A stretch of 64,000 nt of DNA from Lama guanicoe (Eukaryota). Positions within the stretch are counted from its first letter, which is position 1; the number at the start of each line of letters is the position of its first letter. Under the pieces are notes generated by a model. It was not told where the DNA came from and ran no database searches. It worked only from the letters and a program-made list of their open reading frames with translations. The position numbers and the translations under genes were made by a program. Positions 26,290-38,185 of this stretch are shown here, one piece after another. The stretch covers positions 15,578,941 through 15,642,940 of the forward strand of contig MU054187.1 in assembly GCA_013239625.1 (NCBI GenBank), in the 5' to 3' direction.

Positions 26290-29200
26290 TCTTTATAATG
26301 TCTTTGCCTGGTTTTGGTACTAGGGCAATGCTGGCCTCACAGAATTAGTTAGGAAGTATCCCCTCCCTGTGTGTCTGTCCTCTGAAAAAGATTGTAGAGA
26401 ATTGGTATGCTTTCTTCCTCAAATGTTTGATAGAATTCACCAGTGAACCCATCTGGACCTGTTGCTTTCTGTTTGGGAAAGTTACTAATTATTGATTCAA
26501 TTTTAAAAATAGGTATAGGCATACTCAGAGTGTCTGTGTATCCTTTGATGAATTTTGACAAATCGTATCTTTAAAGAAATTGATCCTGTTCATCTAGGTT
26601 ATCAAATGTGTGGGCATAAATTATTCATAATATTCCTTTATTGTTCTTTCATCTACCTGTGATCTGTATTGATGTCCTCTCTTTCATTTCTGATATTAGT
26701 AATTTGTGTCCTTATTTTTCTTTAGCTAGTCTGGGTAGAGGCTTAACAATTTTATTGATCTTTTCAAAGAACGAGCTTATGCTTTCATTGATTTTCTCTA
26801 TTCACTTTCTGTTTCAGTTTCATTGACTTATGCTCTAATTCTTGTTTCTTTTCTTCTGCTTACCTTGGGTTTAATTTGGTCTTCTTCTTCTCCTAGTTTC
26901 TAAGTTGGATAGTTAGATTATTGATTTTAGATCTTTAAAATTTTCTAATATATGCTCTAAATGCTATAAATTTCCCTCTAAGCACTACTTACACTGCAAC
27001 ACCCAAAACTTGTTCAATTCAAAGATTTTTAAAATTTCTCTTGAGATTTATTCTCTGATCTGTGTGTTATTTGGGATTATGTTCATTAAACTCCTATATT
27101 TTGGCATTTTCCAGTTATCTTTCTATTATTAATTTCTAGTTTAATTCAGTTGAGTTCTGACAGCAGACATAGTATGATTTCTACTCCTTTAAACTTGTTA
27201 ACATGTGTTTCATGGCCCACAACATGGTCTATCTTGGTGAATATTCCATGTGAGCTTGAGAAAAAGGTACATTCTCCTGTTGTTGGATGGAGTAGTCAGT
27301 AGACATCAATTGTATCCAATTGACTGATGGAGTTACTGATTTCAAGTATATCCTTACTGATTTTTTGCCTACTGAATTTATTATTTCTAACAGAAAGGTG
27401 TTAAAGCCTCTAACAATGAGAGTGGATTCATCTGTTTCCCCTTGCTGTTACATAGTTTTTCTCACCTATTTTGATGATCTATTATTGCTCTGAGTATGTA
27501 TTAAGAATCATGTCTTCTTGGAGAATTGACTCTAACACCATTACTTAATACCCTTCTTTATCCCTGATAACTTTTCTTATCCCTGATAATTTTCCTTAGC
27601 TTTAAAGTCTTCTATTTCTGAAATTAATATATATATACTCCTGTTTTCTTTTGTTTACTGTTAGCATGGTGGATTTTTCTCCATCTGTTTACTTTTAATC
27701 TGTATGTGTCTGTATGTTTAAAGAGGGTATCTTCTAAATAACATGTAGTTAGATCTTGTGGGTTTTTTTTTTTTTTTTGGGATCCACTCTGACAATCTCT
27801 GTCTTTTAATTGGTGTACTTAGAATATTGACATTCAAAGAGATGATTGATATGGTTATATTAACATTTACCATATTTTTTACTGCTTTCTTTGTGTTGCC
27901 TTTGTTCTTTGTTCTTATTTTTGACTTCCTCTCTCTTATTGCCTCCTGTGGTTTTAATTGAGCATTTTATGATCCATTTTTTCTTCTTTCTTAACATTGG
28001 TTATACTTCTTTTTTGTTTTTAAATTGGTTTTCCTGGTGTTTATAACATACATTTACAACTAATTCGAATCTATTTTCAAATACCATAGTACTATTTCAT
28101 GAGAAGCGTAAGTACTTTGGAATGCTAAAATAATCCTAATTCCTACCTGCTGCCCCTTGTAGTATTGCTGTTACTCATTTCACCTATATGTAAACTAAAC
28201 ATGTGGATTTATGCATAAATTATACACATAAACATCCACAATCAAAATTATTGTTGCTATTATTATATTGAACAAACTGTTAGTTGTTAGATCAGTTAAG
28301 AACAAGAAAAATAAAAGTTTTTACTTTAACTTCATTTATTCCTTCTCTGATGTTCTTCCTTTCTTTAGGTAGATTTGGGTTTCTGATCTATACTATTGTT
28401 TTTCTCTTTAAAGAACTTCCTTTAACATTTCTTACAAGATAGGTTACATGCAACAAATTTCCTCAGTTTGTGTCTGTCTGAGAAAGTCTTTAATCTCATT
28501 CACTTCTGAAGGATAATTTCATAGGATACAGAATCTAGGTTGGTAGAATTTTTCTCTCAACACTTTCAATATTTCATTCTGCTGGCTTCTTGCTTGAATG
28601 ATTTCTGAGGAGAAGTTGAATGTAATTCTTGTCTATGTTCCTCTGTAGGTAGGAAGATTTTTTCTTCTAGCTTCTTTCAGATTTTTTTTTTATCTTTGAC
28701 TTCTGTAGCTTGAAAATGATATGCCTAGGTATAGTTTTCTTGGCATTTATTCTGCTTGGTTTTCCTTGAGCTTCCTGGATCTATGGTTTTGTGTCTGACA
28801 TTAATTTGAGGAAATTAATGTCATTATTGGTTCAAATATTTTGTCTGTTCCTTTCTCTTTTCTTCTCCTTCTGGTATTTCCATTATGTGTATGTTACATC
28901 TTTTGTGGTTGTCCCACACTTCTTGAATATTCTGTTCTGTTTTTTCAAGTCTTTGTTCTCTTTCCTTTTCAGCTTGCCCAGCCTCAAGCTCAGAGAATTT
29001 TTCCTCAGCCATGTCCAGCATCCTAATTAAGTCTATCAAAGACATTCTTCATTTCTGTTACAATGTTTTTCTTTCTGACACTTTTTGGTACTTTTTTAGG
29101 ATTTGCGTCTCTGCTTACATTGCCCATCTGTGCTTGCATGTTGTCCACTTTATCAATTAGAGCCCTTAACATGTAAATCATAATTTTTTATGATAATTCC

Positions 29201-30050
29201 AATGATCTGATAATTCCAATGTTCCTCTCATGGCTTGCTCTGTCTCTTCAAACTGTGGGTTATTTTTTGCCTTTTAGTATGCCTTGTAGTCTTTTTCTTG
29301 ATAGACACACATAATGCCCTAGGTAAAAGGAACTGTTGGTCTTTAGTAACGTGGTGGTAAGATGTCAGAGGAGGAAAGGTGTTCTGTAGGTGTCAGTTGT
29401 TTAGAGTCTGTGCTTCTGGGCTGTGGACTTTACAAGTGCCTTTCTCCCTGCCCCCCTTACGTAGTGTAGGATGATAGAGGAGGCTGGAGGTGGGATTTCC
29501 CTTCCTCCAGGTCCATTAGGCTCTGACAATACCTGGACAGGTTAGACTCCGGCTAACCAGTTTTCCCTGAAGGCAGGCCTTGGTAAGATTAACAAATTGC
29601 TTTGGTGTATACCAAAGTGATTCTTTTCCCCCTCTTCCTACTTGAAGCATAGGGGGTTTTTTTTGTCTGATAATTGCTGTGAGAACCTCATCAGGCTTCT
29701 GGAGCTAAAACTCACAAATGTGTGGCGGCCCCATGGGTCCTCCTGGAGTTTTTAACTATCAGAGTTGTCTGCATTGAGCCTACAGCAATTTGTCCATTAC
29801 AGCGTGGGTTTTCACACCTCGGTGCTGGGACAAGCAGCAGTTTCTGCTCGTCTCTATTCTGGTAAGCTCTGACTCCCTCTAGTCACTTGTCTCCAACATT
29901 GGGAGCAGTGCTTTACCCTGTATCCTCCACTCTTGTATAGAGTAAGAAGAGATGCTGGGTTTTTTTCTCAGTTTGTTCAGCTTTTTCCTTATTGTTAGGA
30001 TGGAGTGGTGGCTTCCAAGCTCCTTACCTGTGAAACAAAACCCAGACATC
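26290..30050 (-). mobile_element. Old L1: 5' UTR, ORF1, and 5' part of ORF2 (about 3.8 kb, decayed)
   Basis: ORF 26349..26561 (PKQKATGPDGFTGEFYQTFEEESIPILYNLFQ) = ORF2p; ORF 28824..29045 (RLEKTEQNIQEVWDNHKRCNIHIMEIPEGEE) = ORF1p; many stops and frameshifts. Confidence 0.93.
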
Positions 30051-31957
30051 TTTCAGATACATTTCCTGTCTTCTAGAGTTTGCTTTCCATAGATGGAGAT
30101 GTCTTCTATGGGAGAGCCTAATGGGAGATTGATGAGAGTGGTTAAGGGCTAAGAAGAGGTGCATTGAAAACATCTGGTCAAACTGACATGATGTCTGGGT
30201 GTTGTAAATACTGAGTAAGAAGAAATCATACACATTTATAAATAAACATTTACACCAAAGGGGAAATTAAGTATTTGCAAAGAATTTTGAATCAGAAATC
30301 TTGCATCTCAGTGTATCCTAGTTCTTCCACTGTTATTTACGTGAACTTTTTCAAGGTGTACTTAATTCTCATGATTTACTTATCTGTAAATGAGAATCAA
30401 TGTAAGATTTTAAAGGGCCACCCAACCTGCAACATTGTAAGAAGACCAAATAAGCAAAATGTATGAAAAGATTTTGTAATCTATAAAGGGTATGGGGTTT
30501 GTTCTATGATATTATTAAACAAAATGCCTTAGGAAGAACTTGCAAGCTTACTGCTTGTTGGTGATGATTTGTTTGAAGTGTTTATGGTGACAGAAGTGCA
30601 TCTATAAATTGCCCACTTTTTTGGCATTTATTTATCACAATAAAATGATCAATGGTTAAAACATTAGAGTCTGCACTTTTAGAAAAGATTTTTTGGTGAT
30701 TTTTGAAATTTCTTCTGTTAACTTGTCACTGGTGGCTTTTTCAAGACTACCCAGTTTGAAATTCCTACCCAAATAAACCTACCTTTATATAGTCACAGTT
30801 CCGTACATTAAGTTATGGAGATAAACTCAGGTTTCCAAAAAATCTTCCTTAATGAAAACATAAACACTCTGGCTTTCCAACTTTTATAAACGGGGTCAAA
30901 ATTGAGTCTCAAGAGTGAGATGTTTCCTTAATGTTTCCTTAAATGAACTGTTGACAACTCTTTGGAACATTTCAGTATTAAATTTGGCTTCCCTCACAAT
31001 AAAGCTTCTTCTGCAGAGATTGTTAAAATCTAGTCCCCACACCACCATAGATCCAGAATTTTCATTTTTGTTCCAAAATGTCACTGGAAGGGATTTTTGT
31101 CCTTGCAAACTGCAGAAAGTTTACAGTAGAATATTTGTAAAAGCAGAATGCTGAAATAGATCTGCTTTGATTCCTTGGTAAAGAGAGAAGAAGGGCAAGA
31201 AGCTTCAGCCCCTATTTACCCTGGCATTGACTCAAGATAAGCCTTAAAATTACTTTTCGGTGTACAAACAGCGCGGTTTCTCCATCAAAAGGTTAGTTGT
31301 TATAAAAGGGCTTTATTCTGTAAGACATTGGGTACATTCACTTTTTAATTAGAGCTGCCAGACTCTAGGCCAGGGTGAGGTCAAAATCGTGTCTTTTTAC
31401 GATGCTCTTTTTCCTGATTATAAACGTAATAACAAGTGCAACAGAACCAATTTCTTTCCCAGAGGAGTCTCTCAAGCTAACTGCACCATGAAAAAATTAG
31501 CCACAAACTGATGCCCTGGCTTTGCCCTTAAAGAAGCCCTGAAGACTTCTTTAAACACTACAGTGTGGCACAGAGAACTACATTTGGGCTAAAATGGGGT
31601 TATGTTGTTACTGTTATTTTAGTTGTAGTTCTTTTTCATATTCATCTGGCAGCCAGTGAATGAATGAATGAATGAATGAGTGAATGACCTTAAACAGGAA
31701 AGAGACTTCCTTTCTCTCATGGCCTGCCAGATGAGCGGGCAACAGAAGACAGAAGACAGTGGCAATCAAATAAAATTTCATGTCCCATTAGTTATCACTG
31801 AGGATGGTGGAGCAGTGTCAGGAATACCAACTAAGCATGAGAATTTTTACTAGTCAGTCTTATTAATGAAACAGTGACAGTCTATTTGAGATATTAAATC
31901 AATTTTTTTTCCACCACAGATTCTGGCTTTGCATGTGTCTCTACCCACTTAATTCTT

Positions 31958-32055
31958 TTTTTTTTAATTGAAGTACAGTCAGTTACAACGTGTCAATTTC
32001 TGGTGTACAGCAGAACATCCCAGTCATGCACACATACACATATATTCATTTTCAT
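31958..32055 (-). mobile_element. Very short young L1 3' end (camelid-type)
   Basis: polyT+aattgaagtacagtcagttacaacgtgtcaatttctggtgtacagc; flanked by actNaattctt (31947-57, 32056-66). Confidence 0.85.
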
Positions 32056-32529
32056 ACTGAATTCTTAAATTCCTTATTTCACAGAGGTAAGGTGAACAGA
32101 GCCTAAAACAAAGTGGTTATTCCTCAATTTTGTCTTGAACTTTTCTAATATACTTTTATAGAGAATTGAAAGTTGAACATTAGATTTTACTGAAAATCTT
32201 TTTTAAAAAAATCTTTTTTTTAAGTCCACAAATTTTCCCATTGCAAAAGCAGAACAAAGCTTGAGAGTCTGAGCATAGGGTTTTCCTGTGAAAGCTATAG
32301 AAGAAAGGATGGAACAATGTAAGAAAAAATCCTGCAATTTAAAAGGAAAGGATACTCCTTTGGTCTTGGAACAGGGTTGGAAAGATTTGGAGGAGATGAT
32401 ATCACGACGCAGAAGCGAAGTTCCCTTAATTCAGCCACTCAACTCAACCCTGAAAGAGGAGATAGGATGCTCTGATGAGTGGTAGTAAAGCACAAGGAAG
32501 GTGGTGAGGGAACTGAAAGCAAACTCTCT

Positions 32530-33010
32530 TTGTGCCTGGCTTCTTGCTCGGAAAGCTGAGAGGAGACTCTCCATACGGCACATTATAGCTTCATGGTTCA
32601 GCCAAAGCAGAGTGCAGCTGGTTCCCCATCATCCACGTGACACACGATAGAGGTTCTTGAGGACTTACAGAGGGAGCAGAAGAACGATGAGAAGCCTGGT
32701 GGACCATGATGTTAAAATGACACGACTGCAGGGTACTCGGTGACATGAAGTCTCCCAGGGCATCACTACTGAGGCAGCATGGACTGAGAAAACAGCAGAT
32801 CAGCCAGAAGCCCTATCCTCCCCTACCAGGACGATGGGCACCCTTCACCCTGCGTCACATCCTACCATCTTGGTAAAGAAAAGGGGGAGAGAAGACCCTT
32901 CCGGAGGGGAAGAAGTTTGAAATGGCTGTCTAAAAGACACTAGCACCAGAAATAAATATATCAGCGTGCCAAGGTTAAGGTTTGAGTTTACTTTTCTGTT
33001 TTCCTCTTCT
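32530..33010. mobile_element. Possible ancient LTR remnant (MamGyp/ERVL-like)
   Basis: Local GC rise and an aataaa near the 3' end; family recognition is weak. Confidence 0.3.
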
Positions 33011-33720
33011 TAATCAGCGAGAAAGGAAACCTGAAAGCAAGATGAAAGCAGATACAGAAAATAAATCATGCTACATTTTAACATGTCGGAGTTGTGGCAT
33101 GTACGTTCTGACCCTGCTGAAGTGTCATGACGCGGATACTCCTTGGCACTCCCCCAGCTCTGCTTCCCTTCTTTGCTCTGGGCCTGTAGCAAGGTGGGAT
33201 TAACATTCCCAGGCTGACAGTCACATGTGTCGGGGAACAAGGCACTTGTTCCTTCTGAGTAAAGTCTCAGAGCTGTGAGCAAGCTCAACTGTGCCCTCCC
33301 ACAAAAAGGAGAATAAAAGCCAATTATGTTCCATCTTTTCAGTTATCATTACTTATGATTTTAAATACAATCTTATAAAAATGTAAAGATATACTCAAAA
33401 CCATCACCAAAAAGACTAATGAAAATGGTTTGGAAATAGCTCAGAAAAATTATGTCAAACAGAATGTTACTTTTGGAAAATAAAGATGTGCTAAAATAAT
33501 GCACATTGTGCAAAGCTTTCTAAAATTGACTTCGTTACACACTAGACAGAGTTTCAGTACTCTTATTTTAGTTATTTTTATGGTAACATAAAGTTGATTA
33601 TTTTTAAGGTAATTGTATCCAAAGGAAAATAAGGATAAGATTGTAATCGTAAAAATATTTTAGACTTCCTTCCATTTTGCCTGTTTTCCTCTATAGATAC
33701 ATGGGCAGAATGAAAGCAAA

Positions 33721-33811
33721 GAGTGAGGGTATAGCTCAGTGGTAGAGTGTGTGCTTAGCATACATGAGGTCCTGGGTTCAATTCCCAGTACCTCCATTAC
33801 AAAAAAAAAAA
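33721..33811 (+). mobile_element. tRNA-Ala(AGC)-derived SINE (camelid vic-1 type)
   Basis: gagggtatagctcagtggtagagtgtgtgcttagcatacatgaggtcctgggttcaattcccagtacctcca with A and B boxes, CpG-decay changes, A11 tail, TSD tgaaagcaaa (33711-20, 33815-24). Confidence 0.92.
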
Positions 33812-34319
33812 GTTTGAAAGCAAAGTAAAAATATCAGCATTGGATAAATATAATTTCCTAAATAAGAAGGAAACCTCTTTTTTTTTTTTTTTGTAGTTTT
33901 CCAGGGAGTTTTGATGCCCCTTCCCCAGTCCTGCATTTGAATTATCTGGATAATGCAGTTAGAATTTACTTTGCCAGCGAAAATAAAGCCCAAAAGATAG
34001 AGAAATGCAAATCATTTATATCTCAAGTTCTTAACCTATAAAATTAAGAGTTTGGACTAAAAGAGTACTCAATATTTTAAAGTTCTGTAATTTGAGAATT
34101 CTTTAAAATTCATCACACTGGGCTTCTGTACTTATACATAATCAGAAGAAATAATTACTCACACTCTTATCATTGCATTCATATCCATTGTATTCTCACA
34201 CTACAGTTATTTCAAAAATCCATACAAAATTAGGTAAAGAATTGCTTAAATCTTTAGTTTTGTACGGGAAAAAAAAAGAAACAAACCTCAACTAAACTTG
34301 AAAGTCAAGAAAGGGCCCA

Positions 34320-34338
34320 TATAGCCATCTGGTGGCCA
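34320..34338 (-). promoter_or_regulatory. CTCF binding motif
   Basis: Minus strand reads TGGCCACCAGATGGCTATA, close to consensus TGGCCACCAGGGGGCGCTA; not inside a recognised repeat. Confidence 0.7.
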
Positions 34339-35506
34339 CTTAGAGAAATGCATCTGACTCTTCCCATCATAATTATTTGTAAATCGGTATGGTAAAAAAC
34401 ATTCATCATTCTAATACTAAGTTAATACTTTTATAATTCTAAGGATAATCTAAAACATGTTAATTCCTTATGAATTTATACTTGGTTTTATATTTTTTCT
34501 TAAAGCATAAAGCTTTTCCCGTTTTAATACTAATAAATATTTCATCCTTGGCTATTTATTATAAATTATGTCACTGTTAATTTTCAAGGTAACCGCTGTT
34601 CTTAAATACCAGTCCCACACAGACTAAGCACTTAACATTGGATAATTATTGATAATCTTTTTATATGTACTACTTATATTTATATATAGAACCTTTCAAC
34701 CAGTGTTACATAATTACATTATCAAATGCCAGTCTTCAAATTAATATGAAAAGCATAGCTCAGGTTTTATAAACAACATGAAAAAGAACCTGAGCATTAA
34801 TACATAAGCATATGTTAACATTGCTGAACTTTGCTAAAGCATAAAAAATGTCAGAGAAAGATCATACATAGTTCTAAAAAAATGTAATTACAGGGAAAAT
34901 CTGCCTCTGTGTTGCTTTCATGTGCATCTCTCATTTATACAATTTTAAAAATATTCTGAATATGAGTTTTAGAAAAAAAACTTTATTTTCAATGTAGCTG
35001 TTCCTAATTAGTGAAATAAAAGCCATTTTATAATTTAATATGATCTTAATGAAATGAAGAATGCATCGTAGACACTCTTACTGAGGTTTTGTAGGCTGAG
35101 ACAAAGCAATTGTGTAAATTTACCAGAGGAATGCTTTGCTTCATGTCTATATGAAGACAAGAAAAGAGAAAAGAAAAGAAAAGAAATTAAAAGCAATGAA
35201 AAATAATCCATGTGGTATAGTTTTCTCAAAAGGCAACCATATTCTCAATATATTAAAATGTAAGTGTTGTTCAAAAAGCAAGTATATGAGTTCAGCAGTG
35301 CATTTGCATAATGCAATGATTTTATTGATAACAGAGTGTTTTCCTAGACTTTTATGGCATCATTGTATATAAGATTTAAAGTAATTTTCACTTAAATATG
35401 GAGGCTTGTCTATACATATTACCGAGGTGAAATCCCTGGTTAGAATTGATTTTTCAAATGTGTGATATTATTATCCTGTATGCTCTCCTTGCTGGTTTTA
35501 TGAATA

Positions 35507-35964
35507 AAGACAAACTTCATTTTATTGTGCTTCGCTTTATTGAGTTTCTTACAAATTGAAGGTTTGTGTCAACCCTGCATCTAGCAAGTCTTCGATGCCA
35601 CTTTTCCAACGGCATTTGCTTGCTTCCTGTCTTTGTGCCACATTTTGGTAATTATTGTAATATTCCAAACCTTTTCATTATTAGTATATTTGTTATGGTG
35701 ATCTGCGATTGGTGATCTTTGATGTTACTTTTGTAATTGTCTTGATTGTCTTCGCATGTTTTAGCAATGAAGTATTTTTTAATAGAGGTACATAATTTAT
35801 TTTAGATGTACTGGTCTTGCAGACTTACTAGACCACAGTGTACTGTACACATGAGTTTTGTATGGACTGGGAAACCAAAGACTTTGTGTGACTCACTTTA
35901 TTGTGATAGTCACCTTATTGCAGTGGTCTAGAACACAACCCACAATACCTCTGAGGTAATTCTG
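35507..35964 (+). mobile_element. Second non-autonomous Tigger1 derivative (Tigger1a-like)
   Basis: TA-flanked; both Tigger1 ends; colinear with 12937-13425. Confidence 0.88.
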
Positions 35965-36255
35965 TAATTAATTTTTCAGTAAATAAAGCTTTTTAGAAGC
36001 AATATACAAAGTTTTAGTCAGGAGAAGATGCAAGTTTAGAACACAATCAATCTGAAAACCAAAGAAAACATTAAAATAATCAACAACACATTTTTCAACT
36101 TTGACATTTCACTCTAGTACTGTTAATGTGAATAATAAATTCTCATTAAAACTCATGACTTTTAAAATCATTCTGGTAGAAGTAACATGTAACTAAGGTG
36201 ATCAAGACTAGTTTCCTCAATTCCTGACTTCTAAGTGCAGTGTTGTTCTTCTCAA

Positions 36256-37145
36256 GCCAAGAAAAAAATATAAAAACATCAATGTTTTAAAAGACTTTAT
36301 TTTTTTCAAAAGTTTTGGGTTCACAGAAAAATTGAGAGGAAGGTACAGAGATTTCCCATATACCATCTGCCCCACACGTGCATAGCCTCCCCTGTTATCA
36401 GCATCCCTCACCAGAGTGTATATTTGTTTCAGTTGAGGAACCTACACTAACGCGTCATAATCATCTGAAGTCCACAGTTTACATTAGGGTTCACTCTTGC
36501 GCTACACACTCTGTGGTTCTAACAAAAGCGTAATGAGCATGCATCTATCATTGTATCATGCTGAGTATTTTCACTGCCTTAAAAATTCTCTGGGTTCCAC
36601 CTTTTCATCCCCGACTCCCCACACTCAACCATTGGCAACCACTGATCTTTTTATTGTCTCTACAATTTTTGTTCTCTGGGATGTCATATAGTTGAAATCT
36701 TATAGTATGTAGCCTTTTCAGATTGGCTTCTTTCATGTAATAATGTGCATGTAAGGTTCCTCCATGTCTTCCATGACTTGATAGTTCATTGCTTTTCAGA
36801 GCTGAATGATATTCCATTGTGTGAATGTACCACAGTTTATTAATTAATTCATCTAATGAAAGGCATCTTGTTTGCTTTTAGGTTAAGGTAATTGTGAATA
36901 AAGCTGCTGTAAACATCTGTGTGCAGGTTTTTGTGTGGACATAAGTTTTCGGTTCCTTTGGGTAAATACCAAGGAGTGTGATTGATGGATCACATGGTAA
37001 GAGTTTGGCTAATTTTCTGAAAAACTACCGAACTGTCTTCCAAAGTGGCTATACTATTTTGCATTCCCACCACCAGTGAATGAGAGTTCCTGTTTCTCCA
37101 CATCCATGTCAGCATTTAGTGTTGTCAGTGTTCTGGATTTTGGCC
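36256..37145 (-). mobile_element. L1MC-type 3' segment
   Basis: acagaaaaattgagaggaaggtacagagatttcccatatacc...; ORF 36605..36817 (MEYHSALKSNEL) is the ORF2 C-terminus; probable TSD ttcttct(t)caag on both sides. Confidence 0.9.
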
Positions 37146-37687
37146 ATTCTTCTTCAAGAGTATCGTGGCTTTTCTTGGCTTCTTGACTCTTTGTCAAAAC
37201 ACTCATTCCTTTGATTTGGTTGATATTACTTGATATCACTTGTATCTTAAAAGAAATTGAAATAACCACATTAATTTATGCCATGATACAATGACTAATA
37301 CCCTTCTAAGAGCTTTGATATTTTTAAAAAGACTTATTTTATTATCCCAAATTAAACTCAGATTAGTAAATTTTCAGATACTTTGACAAAATGAATTAAT
37401 ACTTTTCATAGATTATATGTATACTTGAAATCTATATGTGTATTTCAGAGAGCCTTTCTTCCTCCACATATTTGCTTAGGTATTTACATAAACAAAGAGA
37501 AAGTTCTTTTCCCCCTTTTTGCTAATAAAGTCATATTCAAAGTCCTGATCAAGGTTTATTAATCCATGATTTCTTCTTTTATGATTCTATACCACACATA
37601 ATCCCCATTTCTATGAACGTTTACTGAATTTTAATTATATAATTTTGTTATGCATGTTATCTTGTTCTATAACTCATTCACACATCC

Positions 37688-38185
37688 TGTATTATGAAAC
37701 TTTCAGTTGCAAGTGACAGAAATCCAACTCAAAATAGTTTAAGTATAAAACTAAATGTATCAGCTTATATAACCAAACCATAAAAAGACAGGAGTGGGGT
37801 ACATTTCAGTAACGCAAGTTACTGAATTCAAACAGCATCAACATTGTCTCTTAATTTTTCTCTCCAGCTTTCTCTCTTTACCCATCACAACATCACCAGT
37901 CTAGACTTCTATTTTTGTGTTTCTGACTCAGTTACCTCTATGTGGTGAGGAAATTGTCTGGGTTTTTATCTTAAGAACTTATGATTCTAGAAGAAAAAGC
38001 TTTTTTTTCACTCCAATATAGAAATTCATGGAAGGTCTCTGTTCCAGTTTGGATCACGTAACCACCTCTTGGACACTATGACTAAGAGAATACAAAATTA
38101 TCATTAGCCCAGCCTGAGATATATTCTCTTTGGCTGTAGAATGAGATAGGTTGGGGCCAAGTACTTTGATGGGTAACCTGTCATA
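37688..38185. mobile_element. Old MaLR LTR (MLT1J/K/L-like)
   Basis: tgtatt...ttcagttgcaagtgacagaaatccaactcaaaatagtttaag. Confidence 0.7.

Noticed and set aside
26290..30050. Active L1 or domesticated L1 gene
   Set aside because: ORF1 and ORF2 are broken into pieces under 80 aa, and the RT and 3' end are missing.
33725..33796. Functional tRNA-Ala gene
   Set aside because: CpG-decayed stems and T-loop, poly-A tail and TSD indicate a retroposed SINE copy.
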